The notes under the pieces were generated by a model. The model searched no databases, was not told the DNA's origin, and saw only the letters and a list, made by a program, of their open reading frames with translations. A stretch of 53,499 nt of DNA, filler included, from Asterionella formosa (taxonomy: Eukaryota): assembly GCA_002256025.1 (NCBI GenBank). It is 4 parts of 4 records of this genome, joined end to end, with 100 filler letters (N's around TTAATTAATTAA, not from the genome) between each part and the next. Parts side by side here need not be neighbours in the genome. Positions count along the whole stretch, not along the records: positions 26,833 to 40,120 come from NKIB01006819.1; positions 40,221 to 53,499 come from NKIB01006823.1; 2 more parts are not named here. The stretch is one strand, 5' to 3'. Both the position numbers and the translations under genes were made by a program. Positions 38,870-50,537 of this stretch are shown here, piece after piece (within the stretch, counting starts at the first letter, position 1; each line of letters opens with the position of its first letter).

Positions 38870-39990
38870 CGTCTGCAAATAAAAACTATCATATTTCCAT
38901 GATGCATCATAGGATTGTGATCATCTGATCATAATTTTTCGTTATATCATCTAATAATTTTGATAAATGCCTTTGTAGTTTAAATAGTAACCCTTTTGAC
39001 TACATATATTTAATTATTATATGTATTGTTTCTATTTGATTCCTGTATTCGAATTTCTTGGTAGGATAATGTACCAGTTCAAGTAATGTAATTTGGCTCG
39101 TCATTTCCATCCGTTATTGCTCCGATTTTTGCAACAACAACGAAATACTAGCAATGACAAGCGGAATGAATGTTTGCGATAACGTCTTCAATTTGTTGGT
39201 CAAGTGATCTTTATATCTTCGAGTAATCGTCATGTGCAGTGAACCTTTGTTCATAATCATTCAATTAAGAGTTTACAGGAGAGAAGAAACCATTTGAACT
39301 CGTAATGTTTCTGCACACAGCGCACAAAGTATATCCGTTTCGTCCAACTTCAGCATGACAATCTCGCCAATCAACCCATAAAAAAAACATTCTACTTGTT
39401 CTTGTTGACATTTTCAATTCTCACATGATACTACATCTACTATTTCGATTCAGCATAGAAAGAGATACGAAAATGTGCGTAACAGACTACTGTCCACAAA
39501 GCTATAGTTATAGAATGATTCTGATTAGAAATTCATTTTCATATCGCTCGCTCGTTTCTGCATTTGGCATACTGTACTTGAATAAATTATTGAACTTGTC
39601 CGCATCTTTGATACCATCAAGAGAGCGAAAGCAAGTGGCTCTTTTCATTGTTGTTTGCTTGTAGGAAGAATTTGATATCTGTATCGTCATTTGCTTGTTG
39701 GAATTGTCTGTTGCCTCAAACTTGCTTGGCGTGTGCGTGCACACACTGTCGACTTGTTTTCAATGGTATGTTGTTCTTGTATTCACTGTTGAACTTGTCC
39801 GCATCTTTTTTACCATCAATAGAGCGACAAGTGGGTCTCTTCATTGTTGTTTGCTCCTTGAAAAGTCGGTGTCCGTGTCATCCTCATCAATAGAGAGACA
39901 AGTTCTTTCGTTGGAAAAATTGGTACCCGTGGTATCATCATTTGCTCGTTGGAACCACTGTCCGTTGCCTCAAACCTGATTAGCGTGTGA
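38870..39990 (-). repeat. Paralog of 16360-17125 plus internal tandem duplications
   Basis: ttgaacttgtccgcatcttt...ttcattgttgtttgct occurs twice (~39590 and ~39789). Confidence 0.88.
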
Positions 39991-40120
39991 GTACCGGTAT
40001 GTGCACTGTCGACTTTAGTACATTACAGGCGGAGTGACTTCGCTACTAAATTGCGTGATATAATAATATACCCTGTAGCACGATGCAGAATACAGTTGCT
40101 TCCCAATCATCTCATCATGA

Positions 40121-40220
40121 NNNNNNNNNNNNNNNNNNNNNNNNNNNNNNNNNNNNNNNNNNNNTTAATTAATTAANNNNNNNNNNNNNNNNNNNNNNNN
40201 NNNNNNNNNNNNNNNNNNNN
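40121..40220. other. Artificial contig linker
   Basis: N44-TTAATTAATTAA-N44. Confidence 0.98.
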
Positions 40221-40221
40221 A

Positions 40222-43200
40222 CCAGGCACATGCAATACAGAGACTCTATGTGGCCAATGTGTGTGGGCCCGAAACGCATGCCAGGTAGAAACAAGGTGGC
40301 TTGGGTATACAGAAATTGGTCAGACTCATGTGGTCCGCACTGTTGGAGAAACACGACGTGCCCCAAGGATCGTGGCAGAGCGTGAGGCCGAGCTGCTCTT
40401 CTTCCCAACTTTGGATGCCCAGCCAACAGTGTCGCCGTCCTCAGCTCCCACTGCAACAGTGAATCATGTCTTTGGTCTTGAGTTGATTGGAAATTTTACT
40501 GTTGATCTTGTTAACGCTTCCAATGTTTGGGGCAGTGGATACCCAAGCAACAAAACAAGATTGATCGAACCATCAACAGAGTATTACATTCCTGGAAATA
40601 TCAACGATATCGACATAAATTTTGATTTGCAGGCTCAGCGCACCATCCAAGGTGTTGCGGTCCAAATTTGGTACTACAGTGAAGTTCAGTCGATCCAGAT
40701 TGGCGTGCGCCGTGATGGCGGCACTACTTGGACGTTGTTTAATGGAGGATCCGCAACAAGCCTCAATCAACGAGTCACCATTACTATCCCCAAAACTGCT
40801 GCCCGATATGTATCGATCCGTTTGCGGGGAGGAACTTATAATGGTGTTTTTGACACAACGAAAAAGTGGGGACTTCGTCAGGTTCAGATCAGCGGAAGTT
40901 TGGATGGCTCGTTGGTCGACACAGGAACAAACACCACACGCAGTCCAAGTGCCAAGCTTGCATTCATCCCAAGCCAGTCAGCCATTGTCATGCTTGATGT
41001 TTTCAACCAGTCGGGGGCGCTGCTAGGGACAATGCCAGTTCGCAACCAAACATTGCAACGCCCGCTCTTGGAACAGGCTTTGGTCACATCGAAACTTGAT
41101 CCTTACAGCTTGATTGATATGTGGAGTGTCACGATTCCTTGGCGTTGGATGAAGGAAGGAAACCAACTTCGCATTTCTGTCAATCATACACTAAGTGGCA
41201 AAATTCTCACTCACTCGCACACCCTGAGCTATTTGGTGCAATGGGGAGAGCACACCTTCATCCGAACCAAGGTGGCAATCTTCGGCAATTCCACTGACAT
41301 TGCTAGTCTTAACTCATTTACTTATGGTGCCTCAAAGCTGGCAACAGGTATGTTTGCAGCAATGCCGTTGGCGACACTTAGCTGGGTTGACTCTGAGTTG
41401 TGGCACTTGCCATACCTAGTTGTCGCTACAGCAAATGGGGCAAGGCTTGTCCGCAGTGAAGCAGAGAGGAGGCAGGCATTCATTGATGCTGGACAAACAG
41501 ATTATGGAACTGAGCCACAGTGGGAAGTGTTAAAGAATCAATTAACCTTTCGCCATTCCATGGCCAACGTAGGGAGGGGCTTTGCTGAAACAACTGATGA
41601 CGAATACACTCCATACGCTTCGCAAACTTCAATCTTTATGGGTTGGTCTCTTACTGGTCAGCAAGCTGACGGAAGCGTTTATTGGGATTACTTGGGTTAT
41701 TGGGATGGGTGGACTGCTGCCGCTTGGACAGGCTGGTGTGCCATGGCACCAGGTGATGAGTGCGGCAACGCGTTAATTCATGAACTTGGCCATTCACAGA
41801 CAATGGAACACTTTACGTCTGGTACATCAGTGAGCTGGGGTATTGCTGATGAGTATCCAATGGACGGAGTCAATACAAAATTCAATCCCTGGGGATATGA
41901 TACAGTCTCCCGTAGATTTCGTACGTGGTACAACCCATATACCAACGATGGGAAGAATGATCCAATGAATGGCGGAGAAGACCCAAACTCCGAGACTTGT
42001 TTCCCACAGTACACTGCCTACCACGCCCAGAAGTCTCAAAACTGGGCAAAAGCATCACCAGTGCTTCTGTCATCAAAGACTTCCGGGGTACCAAGTGATG
42101 GAGCATACTTGTTCAATGAAGCAACTCGCAACTACGACAAGGTAACAGATGCTCAAGTTGTTTCTCTTGTTGATAGCTATGCTATGCCACCTGTAAAGGT
42201 CGGTGTTCCCGTTCTCACATTTATTGGAACACTGGGAAAATTGTTGGAAACTTGCCAAATCTACCCTCCAGTGCGCTCCAGTGCTGGGAATACATTCCGA
42301 TTCCCGGATCCATTTGATCTTACTCTTGTGGCTTCCCTGTTCAGTGGTGCAAGGTACTATGTTGAAGTCACCTATGCCACTGGAACCAAAATGAAAGGTT
42401 TAGTTGCTGTGCCAGACCTTAGTAGCTCCACTGCTACTCGTTTCTTTTCCTTCAATATTGCGATTGCTGATCAACCCACCAAAGTTGACTTGTATCGCTA
42501 CAATTCAGTTTCGTATCCTAACATTGTGTCTACCAGTGCTACAACTCTTCTTTTCACTCGCACCATCAACCTTCCTGCTCAGCCTTTGGATGGTATTGCT
42601 GCAACGGTGAAGGTTGGTCGTGGATGGCTTGGTGAATCAGGAGACATTGATATCTCCAAAATCTGTATCTCCGATCTAGACTGTGAGGAAAAGTCCACTG
42701 TCTTGAAGTGGCGTGGAACTGAATCCATTTCTTATTCTTCGGTAGTCCCATCATCAAATCTTGGTAACAGGAGTGCCTTTAATATTACAGTGACTCGTAT
42801 GGAAGACAAGAGCACATCAGTACTTACTGTTTTGGCGACACGCTTCACCAACGAGATTTCTGCTTCACTGCTCAGCTCTCTCCCATCACCAGTTGCCGCT
42901 GACTCCACTCATGGAGTGAAGTTTTGGATCCCATATGATCTCAACTCTGCATTTTCATTCGGGACCTACAAGGCCCTCATTCCTGCTGTGACAGCATCCA
43001 ACCCAGATGGCAGTCGCTTTGCCGACCTTCGAGTCAATTTAAATCTATATATTCCCCAGGTTACTGCCACTGTGAATTTGACAAAAGGGTACACTAGCCC
43101 AGGTTACACTGCACCTGGTTCATCGGCTTACTTCTTGGTCACAGACCCATCAGTCGGACCCACGACTAGTGAGTGGTGGGGTGGTGATTCAACAAGTCTT

Positions 43201-43518
43201 TCAGTCCCTCTGATTTCCTTCAATTGCAACAAAAAGATGGTGAAGGCTTCAATCATTGGAACTCAGACATCTTGTTTTTGGGGAGGTGCAATTTGGCAAA
43301 TGAATGCAGGACGAAGCGCCGATAGCTGCGCACACTTTTTGATGCTCACGTTGGCCTCCTCAAGTTTAAATACATGGATGATTGATCCAACCTTAAAAGG
43401 GTGTAAGTTTGAGACGCACCCAATAAACCCAATTCAAGTCAATGCTCATCGTTGGCATGATCCCAATGGTGATGCAGTGATTGGCCGTATGGTCCTCAAG
43501 ATGGTTTCACAGCTTTAA
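40222..43518 (+). CDS. Peptidase M66 family (StcE/TagA/dictomallein-like) zinc metalloprotease, 5'-truncated
   Basis: Frame is open back to the linker. Motifs: GQTHVV, PRIVAEREAELLFFP, WSVTIPWRWMKEG, HELGHSQTMEH, PWGYD...FRTW, DPMNGGE (Met-turn), FPQYTAYHAQKSQ. About 1098 codons with no intron. Confidence 0.9.
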   Translation, partial: PGTCNTETLCGQCVWARNACQVETRWLGYTEIGQTHVVRTVGETRRAPRIVAEREAELLFFPTLDAQPTVSPSSAPTATVNHVFGLELIGNFTVDLVNASNVWGSGYPSNKTRLIEPSTEYYIPGNINDIDINFDLQAQRTIQGVAVQIWYYSEVQSIQIGVRRDGGTTWTLFNGGSATSLNQRVTITIPKTAARYVSIRLRGGTYNGVFDTTKKWGLRQVQISGSLDGSLVDTGTNTTRSPSAKLAFIPSQSAIVMLDVFNQSGALLGTMPVRNQTLQRPLLEQALVTSKLDPYSLIDMWSVTIPWRWMKEGNQLRISVNHTLSGKILTHSHTLSYLVQWGEHTFIRTKVAIFGNSTDIASLNSFTYGASKLATGMFAAMPLATLSWVDSELWHLPYLVVATANGARLVRSEAERRQAFIDAGQTDYGTEPQWEVLKNQLTFRHSMANVGRGFAETTDDEYTPYASQTSIFMGWSLTGQQADGSVYWDYLGYWDGWTAAAWTGWCAMAPGDECGNALIHELGHSQTMEHFTSGTSVSWGIADEYPMDGVNTKFNPWGYDTVSRRFRTWYNPYTNDGKNDPMNGGEDPNSETCFPQYTAYHAQKSQNWAKASPVLLSSKTSGVPSDGAYLFNEATRNYDKVTDAQVVSLVDSYAMPPVKVGVPVLTFIGTLGKLLETCQIYPPVRSSAGNTFRFPDPFDLTLVASLFSGARYYVEVTYATGTKMKGLVAVPDLSSSTATRFFSFNIAIADQPTKVDLYRYNSVSYPNIVSTSATTLLFTRTINLPAQPLDGIAATVKVGRGWLGESGDIDISKICISDLDCEEKSTVLKWRGTESISYSSVVPSSNLGNRSAFNITVTRMEDKSTSVLTVLATRFTNEISASLLSSLPSPVAADSTHGVKFWIPYDLNSAFSFGTYKALIPAVTASNPDGSRFADLRVNLNLYIPQVTATVNLTKGYTSPGYTAPGSSAYFLVTDPSVGPTTSEWWGGDSTSLSVPLISFNCNKKMVKASIIGTQTSCFWGGAIWQMNAGRSADSCAHFLMLTLASSSLNTWMIDPTLKGCKFETHPINPIQVNAHRWHDPNGDAVIGRMVLKMVSQL

Positions 43519-44083
43519 CTTTATGATTAGCCTTTTCGCCTTCTTATATCCTCTGTACATCTAGCTTCTTTAACTATTCTTCAGTCCTCCTGCAATGCTC
43601 ATTCATTCTTGAAAAGCTTTGCTTAAACCTTCAGATCTTAACCAACTTGTTTGTGATTTTTATCCATCTATCCTGCTTTTCATCATTTACATGACTTCAT
43701 TTTCTAATTATATGTATAGACTTTTTTTTTGAGTTTGACATTCAACACTTCATTGATAACTCAACTCCTTTAAGGTTTTGTATCACAATTAACTTTTTAA
43801 GTACAGAACGCCATAAACAACTCTATTTGTGATAGTACCTTGGACAGCCTGTGTGGCGCTTTCGCCTGTTGGGGTGTTTGTGTGAGCAGCTAGACTTTTT
43901 TAGGGGAACCCTCCTAGTATCAACCTAACATAAGCAATGACTTCTGGCAATGTCCTGTCAGGATAACTGTGGTAACGAACACATTATAAACTTTATGTTG
44001 AAATATAATGGAGTCTAAACGTGTGCTTTGAAGTACGAAGCGAATTTTGGAATAAGGACAATAATAATTGGTCATGCGTTTAA

Positions 44084-45430
44084 GCCGTATATTATGTGAC
44101 GTGACCATATAAATAAGTCTAGTTGATTTTGAATGGATCACATGAATTAGTTGAATACATCAAAATGCATACTTGAATACATCAATATATTTTCTGAATA
44201 CATCACATTAATTTTTTGATTAAAGTGTCATGCCTGCATTCCTGATCATCAGCACTATATTACGTGATCATCTTCACATAATCATTTGAAATACTTCATG
44301 TAATTCTGTAAAATTGTTCAAGTAACGTATCAAATCCACTTACATAATACATTAATTTAGTCACAAAACTTATTAATTTTGTTCAATTTAATAGAAGGCG
44401 TTAAACTATTATCTGAAAGTAAAAAACTAATTCACTTGAAGGTTGTTCAACTATTCTTCTGTAGGTCATTCAACTCATTCAAAGATTCTATCAATGCAAG
44501 AACGGCAGCTGTCCATTCAGAATGGCATGGTCACCCCGCCTGACATGGGATTATATCCGGTATCACAAATTCTGTCAAATGCAAAAGAGTCTGTTCATTC
44601 AGTATGGCTTGGTGACCCTTGAATTGGCCATGTGGGTGGGATTTGGCACAGGAATGCACCACACCCTCTTTCCCTCAAAGTGGATTTTTCATGAACCTGC
44701 GAAGTATTTGAATGAAATTGACTTTCGGTGAATTGATGTACTTATGATGACATCAGCAACAAGACGGCACACACTCACCATTCAACTGATTCGCAGAGAC
44801 TTATTTTTGGAGTCGAGAAAGCAACTAAAGTTTTGCGTGGTAGGAAGTGTCATTAAACGCTAGCCAGCATGATGAACCGATAAACACTTACCATTAATGA
44901 TTTGGGTTGACCTGATATATGACAGCAACACATTATCAGGCCGCAACAACAGTCACTCATGATTTCATCAGTACGCTCCTGAACTCTAAAAGTCTGTTGA
45001 AATGTCAATTGAATGTAGAAAATCAGAGTGAGCTCACAGTTGCTTTGGTCATACAACAACAAGATTAGCGCAGTATTCTTACCTGATAAATATTCATTAT
45101 AAACCTAAATGCTGCATCAACTCATTGTCTGGGGCACCAACAATGATGTGTGAGTTGACATTGGCGACAAACAATGAGACGATGCAACATGATGTCAATC
45201 TAGTTGCTGAAGATTCAGAAGGGTAAGATTGTATGCTGTGTTACTTCCATGCTATAAACTTACTTTCTTTCCATGTTTATTGTTGTGTTTATGGACCCTG
45301 GTTGTCAAAACTCCTGGAGCAGCCTGGATTATATCTTTGTACCACAAAAACGTACAATCTACCCTAAAAGCCTGGCACAGTCTTGCTAAATGTTTCGTTC
45401 GGTCCCAATTAAAAAAGTGTGACTTGAGTA
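44084..45430 (+). repeat. ~1.35-kb dispersed repeat (paralog 37378-38810)
   Basis: Colinear nucleotide similarity from gccg...gtgaccat to the cctggcacagtctt region. Confidence 0.85.
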
Positions 45431-46922
45431 TCTTGTTGGAAGTGATGCGCCAATAGAAATAGAAACCCCTCCTTGTAGTGCTCATGACGCTTTTTGTTCG
45501 CTCCTTTCTTGATCAATTTCCCATCGATCCGTACATTTCCACACATTTTTATATGCGATGCCAGTCTATACGATTAAGTTATTGAGTTGATAGTGCAAGG
45601 ACAAAAGTCGATGAAGATATTCATTAATAACATTTGCTATGCAGTGCATCGAAAAAATCAGACAACTAGCTAGAAGCAACTAGCAACTACAATGAGCAAG
45701 GCATACGCTTCATAACACCATTCTTCACAACCCGAGAAAAAATAATTCACTAGAATAATAAAGGAATGATGTTCAACTTAATCAATATCTGGTGGTTCTG
45801 TCCTGGACTGGGAGCAATTTTATTCCGGAAAAACAGTAACTTTCCATCCTCAACCATTCCTGTTAAAAATAATTTATTTTTTGAAAACGAAAACAGTAAG
45901 CAATACAATACCTCTTGTTGAACTTACTTATAAAACCCTTTCTGATAGATTTTGAAACAACTTCTTTTTATCAGACATAATTTGTTGGATGTCGGACTTA
46001 TAAGTGAACGAGAATCATTCGAACGGCCACTCCATGTCAGTACCTGCTGAGTGATGGTAAATGATTACGAACAGCACTGCTTAGCAATACTTTCTGGTTC
46101 CCTAATTTCCAAATGATAATACCCAGTGACGAATTTAACTTTTGGAACCACTCTGATCCAGATCGCCAGAAGGTTTGTCCAATTTTTGCACCGGCCAATT
46201 CCACATACTCAAATTATGAACCGGTTGTTTTCAGCTGCTAATTCACGTAGGCGCCTGATTTCCTGTGCACTCTCAGAAAAAAGGATTAGGAGTTTATATC
46301 TTTCTTTTTCAGCCATTTGCCTTTCACATTCGTCCCCTTCATCATAATCCTCAAGTTGATGATCAGTCCATTATCATTATTGCACAAACGTTTTTCCAAA
46401 TGCACATTGGTTTTTATGGGAATTAGTTTTTCTTCAAGAGATGCAAATTTTCTAGTCGTGTGAAGAATAAGCAGTGTATTTTTGAAAGTCTATATTCCAT
46501 AGAATTATAAGCCACGACAATTAGTATTTACATGATAGTCAGTCCACAATTATACCTTGAGGTATTTTCTCACATTTTGAGATGTTGTGCCCTCTCCAAG
46601 ATTTCTATTTCTCAAGTTTTCTCGTCTATTTGTACAAAAGATAGAATTTATTTTCAAGAAGAAGATATTAAGCTAAGTCATTGTGGAATCAACGATCTCT
46701 CTTTTTTGTTTGTATCCTCAAAACTGAGCAAATAACGATGAAAACAAATTCTAGCAGCAATTTCAAATTTTTGCTGTCAGTATTAGTGCGAAATTTTAAT
46801 TATTGAAAAATTATCTTGCCTATGTTAGGCTAGATACATGGGCGAAATAGGAATTGTTCATCATGAATATTGGTGGAGATATTCAATGCAATAACTTTGT
46901 CATCGCTCATCAATGTAGGGGC

Positions 46923-47136
46923 AGAGTTGCTGAAGGCAATACACGCCCAAGGTGGTCTCTTGCCTGCGAGTATACATGTGTTTGGGTCTGGGTGGTGCGA
47001 GTAGGTTGACTGTACGAGTGGCGCCCCCGGTGCTGCGAGAAGGCCACCCTACGAGTGCCATCCCAGCCGAGTACACATGTATGCGAGAAGGCATGTAGCC
47101 GCCGAGAAGGGTATCGTTGAGGCAATACCCGCTCTA
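46923..47136 (+). other. Long GC-rich rod-like hairpin with periodic CGAG/CGAG internal mismatches
   Basis: Arms pair symmetrically about ~47027 (e.g. atacatgtgt/acacatgtat, gtagg/cctac, tgcct/aggca); CGAG motifs face each other. Confidence 0.85.
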
Positions 47137-47903
47137 GCTATCGTCGCGTCATTTGCCTACCTACTGCCCACAAATAAAGCATAAATGTTAATTTTAGCTT
47201 ACTTTTTCCCATTATACAAAGTATATTCCGTATATTTCCAAGCTACGTAAAAATACTCAGCTAGAGGGAGTCGATAGTGCAGGAGCAGCCTGGCGATCAC
47301 ACTTGCTCAGAATGGAATGATCAGCCAGGGTTGTTTGGTGGGAGGAATGACTGTGGCATAAAGACCGCTACTACTAGTAGTGTCAGGCTACTTCAGCAAT
47401 GTGAATGGTTGCAGCAACCAGATCATCTACGCTACATAGCGATGCAGCTACAATTGTTCTCCGCTTTTTTTCTTCTCATTTCGCTCTTTGATTCTTGTTT
47501 GGTAATAGAAAGTCAATCTTGCCGTGAAATTACAACGATGTCACAATGCATACGTACTTCTCCATTGAAACTCCTTTTTTTTACTTCATTTCTGACCCAT
47601 TTTTTTTTCTATTTCTTATTTGATGCTACTTGTTACATCGCATTTCTTACTTTGGTTGCTCCAAACATCATGTTCAATTTTCATTGTTGTTGCATGTTGT
47701 TACACTCATTCTCGTGTGTTTTATGCTTGTTGTAGTACCCTTTTATGTATTTTACCGTTATTCTGGCTGTCATGCTAAAATCGGCAATTTTAATGCCGAA
47801 AAATTCGACGTGCCCCATATTGCCACTAAATAAATATTACTTAGAGCCTAAAATTTACTTACAAGTTCCCAAATGGCAAGTTGATAGCTAGAGCGGGAAT
47901 TGC
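47122..47903. mobile_element. Putative non-autonomous element bounded by ~34-bp imperfect inverted repeats
   Basis: cccgctctagctatc (47128-47142) / gatagctagagcggg (47883-47897) are perfect reverse complements, extendable on both sides. Confidence 0.6.
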
Positions 47904-49959
47904 TGTCTTGCTCATCGTCCCCATATCACAGCAGTACAAAATCAAATATATGTCCTGGTAGTAAAATGTTGCCAAACATATAAAATATATTTGTGTATAT
48001 AATAGTATAATTTGATCTGAGTTGGTGTGTATTGTCAGAGAGGACCTTGTGGGAAGCAACCACATCCATGTGGTGATACTGGTAGTTGACTCCTTGAGAA
48101 AAAAGTCCCAAAATTTTCTTCAAAAGATAAAAAAGAAAAATTATAATAAAGATTATAATTTTCTTTAAAAGATAGAGAAAGAAAATTTTTTGAAGGAGAT
48201 TTATGATTTTTTGGTGGCTGGTGAAAAGTTGTGTTGGCGTCCATGTGCCAAGGGGGGGGGATGCCTGTAAGGCGTACTTAAAAATTTATTTGCAATTACA
48301 GTACCGGTATACCAGTATTACTTGTGAAAATCAACCCAAGTTGTATTTTTCTGTAGGCCTAAAGTATCGTTCTACTGCGGATGGTAAATACCTTGACGGT
48401 ATTTTTCCGTACTTGATCACGAGAAAATACAGTATTGTACAACAAAGAAAAATCAACCCGGTTGCATTGACGGTTGATTTAGTACTCCCTTTTTGGTTGA
48501 AGAATCAACTCTGGTTAGTCGTAGAAAGTCTGGGATGTGCGTGATGATGCATATAAATAAGTTATGCACCTGAAGATGGTGATACCAGGTACCCGGTACC
48601 TGGCACTCCGCTTACCGGCAAGTTGCGGTAATTTTGATATACGAGCAGTATCCATACATTAGTGCTACCTACATACGTCATCGTGCTGGCAATAGTGATT
48701 CCATCATGTGTATCTCTTTTGAATTTTCATTTAATAAACCACCCGACCGCCTGGTTGTTTGGAATTGACTGTAACTTTAATCTGATTTAGCCTACAATAA
48801 TGAGACCTATCTTTTAACTTATTCTGTCAGTTGGTACGCACCATAGCTAGGATTTGCATTATATTTGACCATTTTGATTAGAGTATCAATTTTCCTTAGT
48901 GTGTGATGTCATCATTTCAACCCAAATGCCATCACAGCCGCATACCTACATAACACGCACTGTAGTTAATGAGCGATACAACACACCGGTAAACACAAGG
49001 TGAAGTAAGCAATGTATTGCCCATGAAACATGCAATATATCATACACCTTTTGATGGATTCATGTACAGGGCACCCGAGGTAGCCTACATAGGCACTAGA
49101 ATGTAATTATTTCGCTTAGATTATGCTTTTTCTCTATATAAAACTCTACGGTGTAGTCATTATGAACGGCTGGAGAGCGAATATTGCAAAATGTTGTCTC
49201 AGCCTTGACCATGACAAAGATAAAAAATAACTTACTGAAAAATTAGAACGACAATATTTGGTATGTACAATAACGACATCATCGACAATACAATCAAAAC
49301 CATTATGCTAATTACACTGATATTGACAACGAAAATTGAAGCCGCTGATGGCACATTTTTTCACGTAAATCAGTGATGCACAATTTTTAAAACAACATGT
49401 TACGAGGAGATTTGACACTTTACAGTAACTACACAACAAATAAGACTACGACTACGTCGATAACATGAAGAATTGGAGCAACAGATTTGAAATAGGTTTT
49501 TTTCCTACTGAGAATTGATTGATTACGAATTGGCAAGTTGTATAGTGGTGAAAGCTGACAAATGTCAAGTATGCTGTCAAAACTACTAGTAATGCCCTAG
49601 TATAGTTAATATTTGGCAGCCCCTTCATGCAGCATACATGTGAGTGCTTACAAGAGTACAGAACATCATTATGAAATAATGCTACACATAGCGATCCACT
49701 GTTATTACCAGCATGTTGTTGACATAGTTCTGGTAGACTAATGCTGGTAAATCTCTTTCCTTCTGTACTAGCGAGACATGATGCAGTCATGTTCAAATGA
49801 ATTAAGGACTGTGCATGCTTGTCTACAAAGTTTAAGAATAATATTCTTTAAAGTTGTCTTGATTAAAGTAGATTCCATCATTTGCTTAAACCTAAATAGT
49901 CTTTCAGTACTTTAACCCAAAATAAAACGATTTGGAAATTAAAATGGCTGTTGATCCAG

Positions 49960-50290
49960 ACTAGTACAATGCTAGTAAGACACCAAAGATGCTAGTTGTT
50001 CCTTGACAGGAATGGGAGTTGGGATTGGAGGGCAAAAGGCAACAAGGCTATTTACAAGGGTTGAAAGGAGTAGACTGAAATTTATTTACTGCTGGTGCAA
50101 AATTCTGTGGAAGACAGTTGCAATGCTGGTTTGTGCTAGTTATACTGCTCCTGCAAACACAGCAATAGACCTAATTTATGAGCCATATGGCCAAGACCAA
50201 ACAGTGACATACAAACTCATGCATCTGATACAAGATTGTTGCACTGGCGGGCATTCACTATTGAAATTTAAAAATTTGCAATCTCTTTAG
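49960..50290 (+). pseudogene. Decayed GCR1_C-like DNA-binding domain (Crypton-related)
   Basis: SKTPKML...QEWE.GIGGQKATRLFTRVERSRLKFIYCWCKILWKTV...AIDLIYEPYG...GGH resembles the 'LWxEY.xG.GGxK.A..FT..ER...K..Y.RRK..W' pattern; frameshifted. Confidence 0.55.
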
Positions 50291-50537
50291 TATTTATGTT
50301 GCTTGTTTAGTACCTCAATTATTATTAACTATTTTATCTACTAGCAGTTTCATGGTTTGCATGTTAGCATGCATATTACTAGAAAATTGGGGAGGTAAAA
50401 CAAGGGATTTCATTTCATGATAAAACTATTAGGTAGAGGTGATGGTATTACCCACTCTATACAAGGTAGTCTATATACTGAGCTTTGTCGAAGGTGCTAG
50501 TTAACGACTACATAGCGACGACTTTATGTACCAGGTA

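Noticed and set aside
16360..39650. Giant inverted repeat (16.4-17.1 kb versus 38.9-39.6 kb) as TIRs of a Polinton-like element
   Set aside because: The copies are on different contigs, and no polB, integrase or capsid genes lie between them
37378..45430. M66 gene apparently flanked by direct repeats, like a composite transposon
   Set aside because: An artificial linker at 40121-40220 lies between the repeats, so they are on different contigs
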